In this document: positions 39,524 to 47,867 of the stretch, in pieces
How the letters are laid out: every line of letters begins with the position of its first letter
Position numbering within the stretch: position 1 is the stretch's first letter
Origin: an uncultured virus (IMG/VR IMGVR_UViG_3300030118_004714)
Taxonomy: Duplodnaviria > Heunggongvirae > Uroviricota > Caudoviricetes
Strand: one strand, 5' to 3'
Length of the DNA stretch: 64,000 bases
IMG/VR virus record: IMGVR_UViG_3300030118_004714
Translations under genes and position numbers: made by a program
The notes under the pieces: generated by a model
What the model saw: the letters and a program-made list of their open reading frames with translations, nothing else
Told to the model about the DNA's origin: nothing
Database searches by the model: none

Positions 39524-39900
39524 CTAAATTTCTTACGCATGGGAATAGTTTGTAGGTTATCAAAAAAGTAAAGGCTTTCTTTGCCGTCTTTTGTTAGAAC
39601 CCACTCCTTTTCTGCTAAGAAATTCCATTTGTCATAATCGTTAATCGCATATTTCCATTTATTCAATAACTCCTCAACAGAATTAAAATCTTGGTTTTTG
39701 TATCTAATAATAGTGTAGCCTTTTGCCCAAATATAACCATGTTTTGCTAAAGCAATAACATGATTATTTTGATAAAAGTCTGGTTTGAATATCGCAACAT
39801 CTTCATGTATATACGGGTTCATCATTTTCCACCCTAAAACATTAAGGTGGATTTTGAGGGCTTCGGGTGCAATAAAGTGCTTAAAGTCGGGCTTCATCAC
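39517..39900 (-). CDS. Hypothetical protein
   Basis: 127-aa co-oriented ORF. Confidence 0.55.
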   Translation of the reverse strand: MMKPDFKHFIAPEALKIHLNVLGWKMMNPYIHEDVAIFKPDFYQNNHVIALAKHGYIWAKGYTIIRYKNQDFNSVEELLNKWKYAINDYDKWNFLAEKEWVLTKDGKESLYFFDNLQTIPMRKKFRC

Positions 39901-39902
39901 CC

Positions 39903-39947
39903 AAAAAAGGGGATGCCTCCATGTGGTTGGGACATGGCGACACCCCC
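39903..39947 (-). terminator. Hairpin plus U6 downstream of the Ubl gene
   Basis: Minus strand GGGGGTGTCGCCATGT-CCCAACC-ACATGGAGGCATCCCC-TTTTTT. Confidence 0.6.
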
Positions 39948-39975
39948 GAAGGTATAGGAAACAACCGTTGAAGAC

Positions 39976-40185
39976 TCAATAGGAGCCTCCAACAATTGCG
40001 GGAGTCAAGTCCACAGATTGAACCGTGTCCCAGTTGATTTCGTTAATTCCCTCACGGGCAACCATTTCACCATCCACGAAAACCCAATGGGTTGGGTGCG
40101 TATGGATGTTTTCAATGACTTCCGAAGCCTCAAGGCTTAGGGTCGTGTGTCCAGTTTCGTTCAAAATTCGTAGTGTAATCATCAT
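39976..40185 (-). CDS. Ubiquitin-like beta-grasp protein precursor (ends GG-SY)
   Basis: ITLRIL..TG...WVFVDGEMV...VDLTPAIVGGSY: SAMP/MoaD/ThiS-like pattern with a masked diglycine. Confidence 0.8.
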   Translation of the reverse strand: MMITLRILNETGHTTLSLEASEVIENIHTHPTHWVFVDGEMVAREGINEINWDTVQSVDLTPAIVGGSY

Positions 40186-40219
40186 TCTCACTTCCTTGTT
40201 TTCTCCAATGTTTGTTTCC

Positions 40220-40227
40220 TATTTAAA
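40220..40227 (-). promoter_or_regulatory. Candidate TATA box for the Ubl gene
   Basis: TTTAAATA about 35 nt upstream of the ATG. Confidence 0.4.
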
Positions 40228-40340
40228 CCACCCTATACTTCGGGGTCGTCGCCGTCATACAAAAGTCCAACCACAGCCACGCCCACCACGGGAATACTTG
40301 CCGCTACCGCTACATAAAATAAATTCTTTATCAATCCCAT

Positions 40341-41594
40341 TTAATCACCTTTTCCTAAAATTTCTGCTATCTTTTTACTTGCGAATTTCTTTGAAGGAAT
40401 TTCACCTTCCCATCCCAAGTCTCGCAAATAATTAACTTGGTTTGGTGTTGGTGGATTCTCCACCATAATTTTTCTTAAAGAGTTCAATTGCGCTGTGGAT
40501 AATTCCTTACGGTTAGAAAGTTTCTTTCTAATGCTCATCAAAAACTCTGCTTCCCAAGCGTTTCCTGCAAACGATTCATCAAAGATAGGTATGCCATAAT
40601 ACTCACACATATTAGAAAATGTTTCGCTAGGAGTCAGAGCAAGTCCTCTTTGATACCTTTCAAACTTCTGCTGTTCTCTCTTTTTTCTAATATTTTCTTG
40701 CCGAATGGCTTCTTCACGGGCCTTTCGTTCTCGTTCAGGTGCGCCTTTGTCCCATTCAATTTGAGCCAGCCTTGCTTTTTCTGCGGCTTCTTTTCTTTTT
40801 TGTTCTGCTATAATTTTTTGTTGCTCTAAGAATTCCAATCGGTCTTCTCGTTCTTTTTTCCATGCTTCAAACGCTGGCCGCATGCTATGGGATTGAGCAA
40901 AGAATAGAGATAAATCCATCATTAATTTTTCATTAGGGAAACCACGGGTTTTTATTTGAGCCTTGGGGTTATCGGGATGATTCCATCGCCAAACAATAGA
41001 AGCCATATCATAATCAACCCCAAAGGTTCCTCTACCCTTCTTTCTTAAGACCTTTCTATATTCATAGCGGCGATACTTAGCATCGTAATACTGCTCCTTT
41101 TCATAAACATTGTGCCAAACATCCATTTCTTTGACTGCATCAAACATATTTGTAAAAGCATCTCCATTTTCAGCCCACCATGCTTCCGCTTTCATGGAAC
41201 CTACACGCTCTTTGAGCCAAAGTTCAACCTGTTCATCTGAAACCTCGGCAAGATTAACATTCTTTTCCTCTGCGATTTGTCGCATAATTAAATAAGAATT
41301 GATGTGGTCGCTTCCAACAATTTCCTCAACACCATTTTCTGTATTTCTGATTCTAAAATGATAAACAATACCATGTCCACAAAGACAATGATTCTGATGG
41401 TTAGAATTACTCACCCAATCTGGCATATCGGCTGAACCAGCCCACCAAACATCACCAGTAGCAATCCATTCTTCCTTTGCTTCTTCGTAGTTGTTAGCAA
41501 CAGAAAGTTCTGTCATTCTTTTGATGAGAATTTTATCCCATCGTCCATTTCCTAGTTCTCTTCGCATTTTAATCTCCTCCTTTTGGTAATTCAA
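40341..41594 (-). CDS. 417-aa protein with zinc-ribbon-like motif and coiled coil
   Basis: HCLCGH...NTENG...VGSDHI; C-terminal PTPNQVNYLRDLG. Confidence 0.6.
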   Translation of the reverse strand: MNYQKEEIKMRRELGNGRWDKILIKRMTELSVANNYEEAKEEWIATGDVWWAGSADMPDWVSNSNHQNHCLCGHGIVYHFRIRNTENGVEEIVGSDHINSYLIMRQIAEEKNVNLAEVSDEQVELWLKERVGSMKAEAWWAENGDAFTNMFDAVKEMDVWHNVYEKEQYYDAKYRRYEYRKVLRKKGRGTFGVDYDMASIVWRWNHPDNPKAQIKTRGFPNEKLMMDLSLFFAQSHSMRPAFEAWKKEREDRLEFLEQQKIIAEQKRKEAAEKARLAQIEWDKGAPERERKAREEAIRQENIRKKREQQKFERYQRGLALTPSETFSNMCEYYGIPIFDESFAGNAWEAEFLMSIRKKLSNRKELSTAQLNSLRKIMVENPPTPNQVNYLRDLGWEGEIPSKKFASKKIAEILGKGD

Positions 41595-41952
41595 AACCCA
41601 TAATTTTTACTACTTTGTTATTCACGGAAATAATTTGGGCTTGTAGTGTTTTTAATCTATCATCAGTTGCTTTTTTAATAGCAGATTTTAGAGTATTTTG
41701 AATATAAGTATTTACTTGGTCATTTACCATGCTTTCAATGATAGTTTCAAGCATTTCATTTGCTTTCTCAAGTTTTTCTATTCTTCGTTCAAGACGCATA
41801 AACTCGGTTTGCGACTTACGATTTGCTTTAGCAAGACCTGTCTGCGCTTTCTTGCTATAATAACATTCATCGCATTTTCGGAAATTAGAGTTGCTTTCTC
41901 TCGTAAGACTTTTTGGCTTGTAAGATTTACCACACACTTCACATTTCATCAT
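41569..41952 (-). CDS. Zinc finger plus coiled-coil protein
   Basis: CEVCG...CDEC followed by heptads. Confidence 0.6.
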   Translation of the reverse strand: MMKCEVCGKSYKPKSLTRESNSNFRKCDECYYSKKAQTGLAKANRKSQTEFMRLERRIEKLEKANEMLETIIESMVNDQVNTYIQNTLKSAIKKATDDRLKTLQAQIISVNNKVVKIMGFELPKGGD

Positions 41953-42203
41953 TGTAAAAACTCCCTGTCTTCTTTTTCAAATTTGTATTGTTCTACAAGA
42001 TAACCCTGTAAAATAGTGTCCATCTTTTCTTGGAGTGCTTCAATTATTCCCGCAATCATTCTACGGTTCACACTAATCCAAAGTTTATGATAGGTGTTAA
42101 TCACTACTTTAGGCTCATCATCATCATTATAACTAATGACGATTGGTGGCATTTCTTCACTGTTAATCAGTCTAAATTCTACTTTTGTTTTTTCTGGTAG
42201 CAT
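41949..42203 (-). CDS. Hypothetical protein
   Basis: GGAG RBS; co-oriented. Confidence 0.6.
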   Translation of the reverse strand: MLPEKTKVEFRLINSEEMPPIVISYNDDDEPKVVINTYHKLWISVNRRMIAGIIEALQEKMDTILQGYLVEQYKFEKEDREFLQ

Positions 42204-42230
42204 TTTTATTTCTCCTTTATTTTTAAAAAA

Positions 42231-42307
42231 TGGCGGGCGTAGGAGGATTTGAACCCCCGGTTTCGGCTTAGAAGGCCGAAGTGTTATCCAAACTACACTA
42301 TACGCCC
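42231..42307 (-). tRNA. tRNA-Arg(UCU)
   Basis: GGGCGTA...TCGGC-CTTCTAA-GCCGA...GGTTCAAATCC...TACGCCC-G-CCA; CCA encoded. Confidence 0.93.
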
Positions 42308-42317
42308 CCGCTATCTT

Positions 42318-42623
42318 TCAACCAATGTAAGCACTACAAAGTGCCAGCACATTGTTGAGTTCCTTTGATTCAATCATATTTTCAAGCCTACTTAAGTCGC
42401 CCTCTCTTTCCAGATGCATCTTCTCTACAAAGTAAGAAGAAAGAAGTTGCGCTAATTTTTCTGGGCTGGCATTTCTCAATAGACGAGAAAGATTAGCCGA
42501 CACATTATCCTTGTAATTTAATTCCGACAAACAATCCCAACAATCAACAGAAATATTGGCATCAGCGTGGCGGTCAAAGATTGTGTAAGCGAGTCTTCCA
42601 TTACATTTTTTACATTCATTCAT
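42318..42623 (-). CDS. Zinc-finger protein
   Basis: CKKC...CWDC. Confidence 0.55.
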   Translation of the reverse strand: MNECKKCNGRLAYTIFDRHADANISVDCWDCLSELNYKDNVSANLSRLLRNASPEKLAQLLSSYFVEKMHLEREGDLSRLENMIESKELNNVLALCSAYIG

Positions 42624-42720
42624 ATTTTTTCACCTTCTCGGTTAGTTCCGTCAAACAACGGTAGCAATAGTGTTTTTTGTGTCCTATAACCACATTGCAA
42701 GCAATACATCTTTTTTGCAT
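42616..42720 (-). CDS. 34-aa zinc-finger microprotein (not in ORF track)
   Basis: MQKRCIAC...YCYRC; GGTGA RBS. Confidence 0.5.
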   Translation of the reverse strand: MQKRCIACNVVIGHKKHYCYRCLTELTEKVKKYE

Positions 42721-42837
42721 TTAATCACCATCATATGGTTGATAGTAAGCAATTCTACCACATATTGCACATTTGCATTTATTTTGACCAAGTTTAAAGT
42801 CAAGTATTTCCATAAATTCATCACAACAGTATATCAT
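42721..42837 (-). CDS. 38-aa Cys-rich microprotein (not in ORF track)
   Basis: MIYCC...CAICG; ATGA overlap with the upstream gene. Confidence 0.5.
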   Translation of the reverse strand: MIYCCDEFMEILDFKLGQNKCKCAICGRIAYYQPYDGD

Positions 42838-43475
42838 TCTTTCATCTCCACTAATAGTATTTTTGGGTTTCGTGCATTGTATTCTCGCACATATTCATTG
42901 TATTTGATAGCATATTGGTTTGAAGGAAACCATTCTGGTCGCCGGTCTTTTTTCCAATCAGCAAACCTCCATTTGCCTTCAAGGTAATAGTGGCGATAAG
43001 ACTGAATGACAAACTCCCATTCAGTCAGAAAAGTGTTGGGTATTCTGTACTCATCGGCCATAGCAATAGATACTGGCGAGGCTTCTTTCCAACAGCCATC
43101 TTTCATAAAATGGTCGCCCCATGTTTGGAGAATACGGGCATAAGTCCCGTGAGTTTTACCATATCGGTAAGTATATTCTTCACAAAGAGCAAGTGCATGT
43201 TGCATAAGCCAATCAGCATTGTGTGGATTCTGTCTCGCCCAAATGGTTGAGGGGTGGTTGAGCATGGCTGGTTTCATCAGTTTTGATTGAGAACAGGCAT
43301 GAAATTGTTTCAAATCACGCAAAGCAGGTTCTTTTCCATACTTCGCAAGATACTGAAAGTAAAGTGCATTTGTGTGAATCATTTGACAACTCTCGGTTGG
43401 CATTTTGACCACATGTTTGTCCAGCATTTGTCGTGCCGCTTCAACAGGGTTTTTTGATAAAGCAAAGATGTTCAT
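42834..43475 (-). CDS. Pyrimidine-dimer DNA glycosylase (DenV-like family) protein
   Basis: MNIF.L...P..AA...DKHVVKM..E..Q, NHPSTIWAR, LCEEYTYRYGKTH, YRHYY. Confidence 0.8.
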   Translation of the reverse strand: MNIFALSKNPVEAARQMLDKHVVKMPTESCQMIHTNALYFQYLAKYGKEPALRDLKQFHACSQSKLMKPAMLNHPSTIWARQNPHNADWLMQHALALCEEYTYRYGKTHGTYARILQTWGDHFMKDGCWKEASPVSIAMADEYRIPNTFLTEWEFVIQSYRHYYLEGKWRFADWKKDRRPEWFPSNQYAIKYNEYVREYNARNPKILLVEMKE

Positions 43476-43705
43476 TCTTCCACCTCTTCATAGACTGCCT
43501 TTTGCATCCAATATTGATGCCACATCATCGCAGGAATCATAGCACTCCAATTAGACGAACTAGGGTTCTCTAAGTAGTTCTGAAAGGTTTGTTCTAAATA
43601 TTTCCTGCACTCAATACGAAAAACATCAACAGAGTTTCTGTCCATAGGTTCGTGCGTTGCTCCAAAAGAAGCGACTTGTTCTTGTCTTATCTCATTTATA
43701 TTCAC
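43472..43705 (-). CDS. Hypothetical protein
   Basis: Co-oriented, overlapping stop/start. Confidence 0.5.
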   Translation of the reverse strand: MNINEIRQEQVASFGATHEPMDRNSVDVFRIECRKYLEQTFQNYLENPSSSNWSAMIPAMMWHQYWMQKAVYEEVEE

Positions 43706-43881
43706 TTTATCACCATTCTTTTTAATGATAATTGGTATGCTTCATATGGGCGCATACCTTTATCCCGTAATTGTTTGAAAATTTTTCTTCTCCTTTCCTC
43801 ATGTTTGACAGGCCTATTAAGATATTCTGTTTTGTAAAGCCTATGAGAATCCGGTCTTATCACATCTTTCATGTATTTCAT
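43702..43881 (-). CDS. Small basic protein
   Basis: Probable start MKYMKD at 43881 (ATGA overlap). Confidence 0.45.
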   Translation of the reverse strand: MKYMKDVIRPDSHRLYKTEYLNRPVKHEERRRKIFKQLRDKGMRPYEAYQLSLKRMVIK

Positions 43882-44057
43882 TCTAACACCAATTTTGTTT
43901 GTTTTCCGTTCCATTCAATTTCAATGGGGATTCGGAAAGTTCTTTCACCGATGGAACCACATCCCAAACAGATAAAATGCTGATGAATCACATTATACGG
44001 TTCTTCAACAGACAAGTCCTCTGCGGTTAATTCATAATCATCGTGTAAGCAATTCAT
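43878..44057 (-). CDS. 59-aa protein with CxH...CxxC (not in ORF track)
   Basis: MNCLHDD...FICLGCG; ATGA overlaps at both ends. Confidence 0.5.
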   Translation of the reverse strand: MNCLHDDYELTAEDLSVEEPYNVIHQHFICLGCGSIGERTFRIPIEIEWNGKQTKLVLE

Positions 44058-44275
44058 TCTTCTTCCTCCGGCAGGTTAGTGTATTTCACAATATGATTAC
44101 ATCTGGCAAAGTGAGCAATTTCTTCTACTTCAATAGCATAATCATCTGCTTCTTGCCACTCATTCAATATATGTTCAAGAATGCTGGTGTTCCAATCAGG
44201 ATATTCCATCAGGAAACAGACCACATCATTGTCCGACCATTTATCTACAATTTTCATAAATTCTTCGTATTTCAT
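44054..44275 (-). CDS. Acidic hypothetical protein
   Basis: GAGG RBS; co-oriented. Confidence 0.55.
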   Translation of the reverse strand: MKYEEFMKIVDKWSDNDVVCFLMEYPDWNTSILEHILNEWQEADDYAIEVEEIAHFARCNHIVKYTNLPEEEE

Positions 44276-44299
44276 TTTTATTCCTCTTTTTTTTGTTTA

Positions 44300-44349
44300 G
44301 GGCTTCGCACCCATCCGAGCGTCAAAATCTCCGTGGCTCACGCTTACAC
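44300..44349 (-). ncRNA. Structured intergenic motif, copy B
   Basis: Homologous to 25157-25203. Confidence 0.45.
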
Positions 44350-44378
44350 CACACACAGGGGAACTACTCCTTGGAGTA

Positions 44379-45809
44379 TTAATTTATGCCGGGTTTTGGC
44401 CCGACAAAGAACAGGCTTTCTTGCGCTCTTGTGATAGCAACATAGCAAATATTGTTCTCTTCATGCCCACCTTTTGGGTGTGGCATTCTTTCAGTAGCAA
44501 GAATATAAACTCGCCTTGCTTCAAGACCTTTTGACTTGTGAACCGTTGAAAGCATGATTTCGCCTTTGTCGCTTCCGTCAAATACACGCTTGATTTCTTC
44601 AATAATCCCACCAACGGTTTCTGCTTTGTTGATGAAGATGCGAATACAAGCGGCTTTATCTTCAAGAGCCATCGCTTGGTTCTTTTTGTCCTGTTGCATC
44701 AAACGCTTGTAGTTATACTCAAAGTCTGCTTGAAACAAGTCTCCAAATTCATCAACGCCCATATTGTTGTTTTTGGTAATTTTCTTGACAGCGTTAATCA
44801 ATCCCTTGGTCATGTCTCTTCCGAGAATGTAGGCAGATTTGCCTTGTGAAATCAAATCGTAAAACGCTGAAACCAATGGCGCATTGTAGCGACATAGAAC
44901 CATATCGTTTCTTTGAGGGCTAAAAGGCGCATTAACAACGACCTTTCCTTCAATAGCATTCGGAGCATGATGGAAGTCAGAAACATATCTGTTTGCCTCC
45001 TTGACAATATTTGTAGGACAACGCCATGAAATGCTCAAGGGCAATTCAGTGATTTCACGGTCTGATTCTTGCATCAATCGCTGTTTGAACATATTCATGC
45101 TGTTAGAATCAGCACCACGGAAGCCGTAAATCGCTTGGTTGGGGTCGCCAACAATAACACAACGGCCACCGTTCACTACACGGGAAATAAGTTCTCGTTG
45201 TGCTTCATTGAAATCCTGTGCTTCATCAACAAACAAAATGTCGTAGTGAGGCATCGGGTATTCATTCACTAATGGTAGCCAAATCATGTCATCAAAGTCA
45301 ATCTTATTTGTTTGGGACTTTGCCAGATTAAGGATTGCTGGAATCGCACCAATGGCTTGATTTTCTTCACGGCTTGATTCAAAGACAATGTTATATTGGT
45401 CAATCAATTCACGAATAGACTCCACATCGGTTGCGCCGACTAAAGAACCTTTGATTAAAGAAATCAGTTTGCACAAAGGGGCAGTATAATAATCTTTACC
45501 CAATAGTTCTTGAACGATATCGTGGGTTTTGCGAGTATTGACTTTAGTTCGTATTCCGGCATTTCGGATAGCGGCAAAGCCAAAAGCATGGAATGTTTTT
45601 GCATCCACATTATCGGGCAATCTGTTTTGCAGTTCGGTCTGAATTGATTTGTTGAAACAAAGGAATGCCGCATTGGTTGAATCAATACGGTTTGCGGCTT
45701 CAACTATTGTTGAAGTCTTTCCTGTTCCTGCTCCAGCATTTACAATTACATGGCTCTCAGTTTCCACGATAGCGTGGAAAATCTTTTCTTGTTGTTCTGT
45801 GTGTTTCAT
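44379..45809 (-). CDS. UvrD/Rep-like SF1 helicase
   Basis: AGAGTGKT, TFH, VDEAQD, GDPNQAIYGFRGA, SWRC, STVHKSKGLE, YVAITRA. Confidence 0.93.
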   Translation of the reverse strand: MKHTEQQEKIFHAIVETESHVIVNAGAGTGKTSTIVEAANRIDSTNAAFLCFNKSIQTELQNRLPDNVDAKTFHAFGFAAIRNAGIRTKVNTRKTHDIVQELLGKDYYTAPLCKLISLIKGSLVGATDVESIRELIDQYNIVFESSREENQAIGAIPAILNLAKSQTNKIDFDDMIWLPLVNEYPMPHYDILFVDEAQDFNEAQRELISRVVNGGRCVIVGDPNQAIYGFRGADSNSMNMFKQRLMQESDREITELPLSISWRCPTNIVKEANRYVSDFHHAPNAIEGKVVVNAPFSPQRNDMVLCRYNAPLVSAFYDLISQGKSAYILGRDMTKGLINAVKKITKNNNMGVDEFGDLFQADFEYNYKRLMQQDKKNQAMALEDKAACIRIFINKAETVGGIIEEIKRVFDGSDKGEIMLSTVHKSKGLEARRVYILATERMPHPKGGHEENNICYVAITRAQESLFFVGPKPGIN

Positions 45810-45930
45810 TTATTTTTCACCTTTTTTATTTTTACTAATATATGAATAGGAGGGGAAGGAGAACAAAACCGAACTTAATCGGTCATTATCGTTTAGAAGC
45901 CCCCGTTCTACGACTTCCCCATGATGTAAG

Positions 45931-46014
45931 TGCTAAGGGCAGGATTTGAACCTGCGAACCATTACGGACAGGAGTTTAAGCCCTGCGCGTTTAACCATGC
46001 TCCGCCACCTTAGC
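45931..46014 (-). tRNA. tRNA-Leu(UAA)
   Basis: GCTAAGG acceptor, CAGGG-CTTAAAC-TCCTG anticodon arm, long variable arm, GGTTCAAATCC; no encoded CCA. Confidence 0.88.
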
Positions 46015-46147
46015 CTGTTGAATGCCATAACTAAAACAGTTTGATAATTAAAACTGTAATGCGTGAGACACGCCGCCGACATCAAGGGGGGCGGGGCCGA
46101 CCCCCTTATAACACCCTGACCTTCTCCGGCCTGTCTGCGTTAAGACC

Positions 46148-46402
46148 CTAACTGGTTGAGGATAGCATCTCAAAGGCTATCGCTAAACCAATAATCAATA
46201 TACCAAAGCCCCAGATTAAGCGACTTCTAACATTGTTAGGAGGATTGCATTTTCTTTTCAAGCAATAGTGGCTTACTAATATATTGCCTTGATGAACATA
46301 AGTCTCAAGTAAATGATTTGTTCCTTCAGGAATATCTATTCCACAAGTTTGGCAAATAGTGTTTTTATCTGCCTTAACATAGACTTCTTCAATAAGTTTC
46401 AT
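46148..46402 (-). CDS. Zn-binding protein with C-terminal membrane helix
   Basis: CQTCG...HYC...C; LIWGFGILIIGLAIAF. Confidence 0.55.
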   Translation of the reverse strand: MKLIEEVYVKADKNTICQTCGIDIPEGTNHLLETYVHQGNILVSHYCLKRKCNPPNNVRSRLIWGFGILIIGLAIAFEMLSSTS

Positions 46403-46528
46403 CTTAATACCTCAAAGAGGTGGGGAGAAAACCTTTGGCAAAAATCCCGCTAAGAACCAACAAGCAAAGAAATGCGACCAAGCCAAGCCATTAGGTTTTT
46501 TTAAACCATGCAAACTCCCCGTGAAAGA

Positions 46529-46563
46529 GGGGGAGAATAGGGGGCCGTAGCCCCCCATTCCCC
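46529..46563 (-). terminator. GC hairpin downstream of 46595..47056
   Basis: GGGAGAATAGGGGGC-CGTA-GCCCCCCATTCCCC. Confidence 0.5.
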
Positions 46564-46594
46564 GTTGTTCAAGTCAGAGACTTGGATTGTTGGC

Positions 46595-47056
46595 TTATTC
46601 TTCCGAATCGTCGGAAAGAAGGGATGCAACGCTACCGTCCCATTCGCCAGCCTTGTATTGCTTGCTCAAAGCATTACGAGTTCGCTTCACAACGGAAGCG
46701 GCGTATTCTTCGGCAGTTTCGTACAAAGCACCACCACGGGCGAAAGAAACGCTCGCAATAATGGCATCATGGTTGTAGTAGTTGAGGGCGGCTTCGCTCA
46801 CAACGCCACAGATTTTATCCAATGAAACACGGACGGCGGTTGGAACTGCGGCTTTCTTTCCGGGTCGGAAAGGCGTTCCGTCTCGTCCCTTCAAGAGAGC
46901 CTTAACTGCGTTTCGGCAGTTCTCACGCTCTCCAGCGTCATTCGTTCCAATCTCAAGGTTGAGGCTGATGACTTGTTTCAGTCCAGCCTCAAGGTCTGCG
47001 GCCTCAAGGTATTCGTTCACATCAAGCACTAGGCTATCCCATTCGGTGTTTTCCAT
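46595..47056 (-). CDS. Hypothetical protein, paralog family P (copy 1)
   Basis: Shares W...L.LG...R...AV...KG...P...GG.Y...W(D/N)G with 48924, 49580 and 50801. Confidence 0.7.
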   Translation of the reverse strand: MENTEWDSLVLDVNEYLEAADLEAGLKQVISLNLEIGTNDAGERENCRNAVKALLKGRDGTPFRPGKKAAVPTAVRVSLDKICGVVSEAALNYYNHDAIIASVSFARGGALYETAEEYAASVVKRTRNALSKQYKAGEWDGSVASLLSDDSEE

Positions 47057-47299
47057 TTTTTTTCAACTCCTTCCCCGTCAGTCGGGGATAATTTCAACAA
47101 AAGAAATAACCCATATAAAGCACCCTAAAAGAGTTAAAAGTCTATCCAATAGGCAGACTTGTGGAAACGAAGCGAGGTTGCATTGTAAGCATCCGCTTAG
47201 GGACATCCCGCTACTGTTGAGTAAAAACGCTAAATGAGAATATTTGCCCTACAAAGCAAATTAATAATATTTAGCCCAATTAATTTTGCATCAATGGAA

Positions 47300-47665
47300 G
47301 AAAATGCGTCTCACTTTGCATCCGTCTCGCATTCGTCTCAAGTGCAAATGAGACAAATTTGGAGCGAGTTATGTGGCATAACCCACACCACAAAAACCAG
47401 TAAATGCAAAAATGCAAAAATGCGTCTCATTCGTCTCATATCTCATGGGGGGTCTTTCTCTCTCTCATATCTACTCTCTTCATAACTCCCTCTCATAGAA
47501 CCTCTTAATAGAATGCTTTATGTTCTCTCTCATTATGATGATGATGATGATATGAGATATGAGATATATGAGATGTATTGATTAATAATAGGTAGTTATG
47601 AAACATAACTACCCCTACCCTCATCTAATACAATCCGTCTCATTCTCTGTCCAGCGTGAGACGAA
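47300..47665. repeat. CGTCTCA/TGAGA repeat cluster in the non-coding strand-switch region; candidate replication origin
   Basis: CGTCTCA at 47307, 47334, 47423, 47432, 47636; CGTCTCG at 47323; inverted TGAGAC at 47349 and 47657; ATGAGAT tandem; AT-rich flank. Confidence 0.6.
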
Positions 47666-47867
47666 TTGAACAATCTATACTATATGATATATTGAATATT
47701 GAATATGCTATGTTATTCTTATTTGAAATACCTGCAATTGAATAAGACTCCTTATTTTCAGTTCTATATTCGGCTTAATTTATTTTAACAAGTGTTAAGG
47801 GTTCTTTAAATATGAAGTAAGAAATACTCGCTTTCTTACCATATGGTTGGCTTTGCTGAACCCCGAA

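Noticed and set aside
34785..40191. Thiamine or molybdopterin sulfur-relay operon
   Set aside because: No ThiG, MoaE, rhodanese or desulfurase in the window and an E2-like gene is present. Disfavoured, not excluded.
47234..47485. 83-aa ORF in the strand-switch region
   Set aside because: Runs through the repeat cluster with no RBS or protein-like features.
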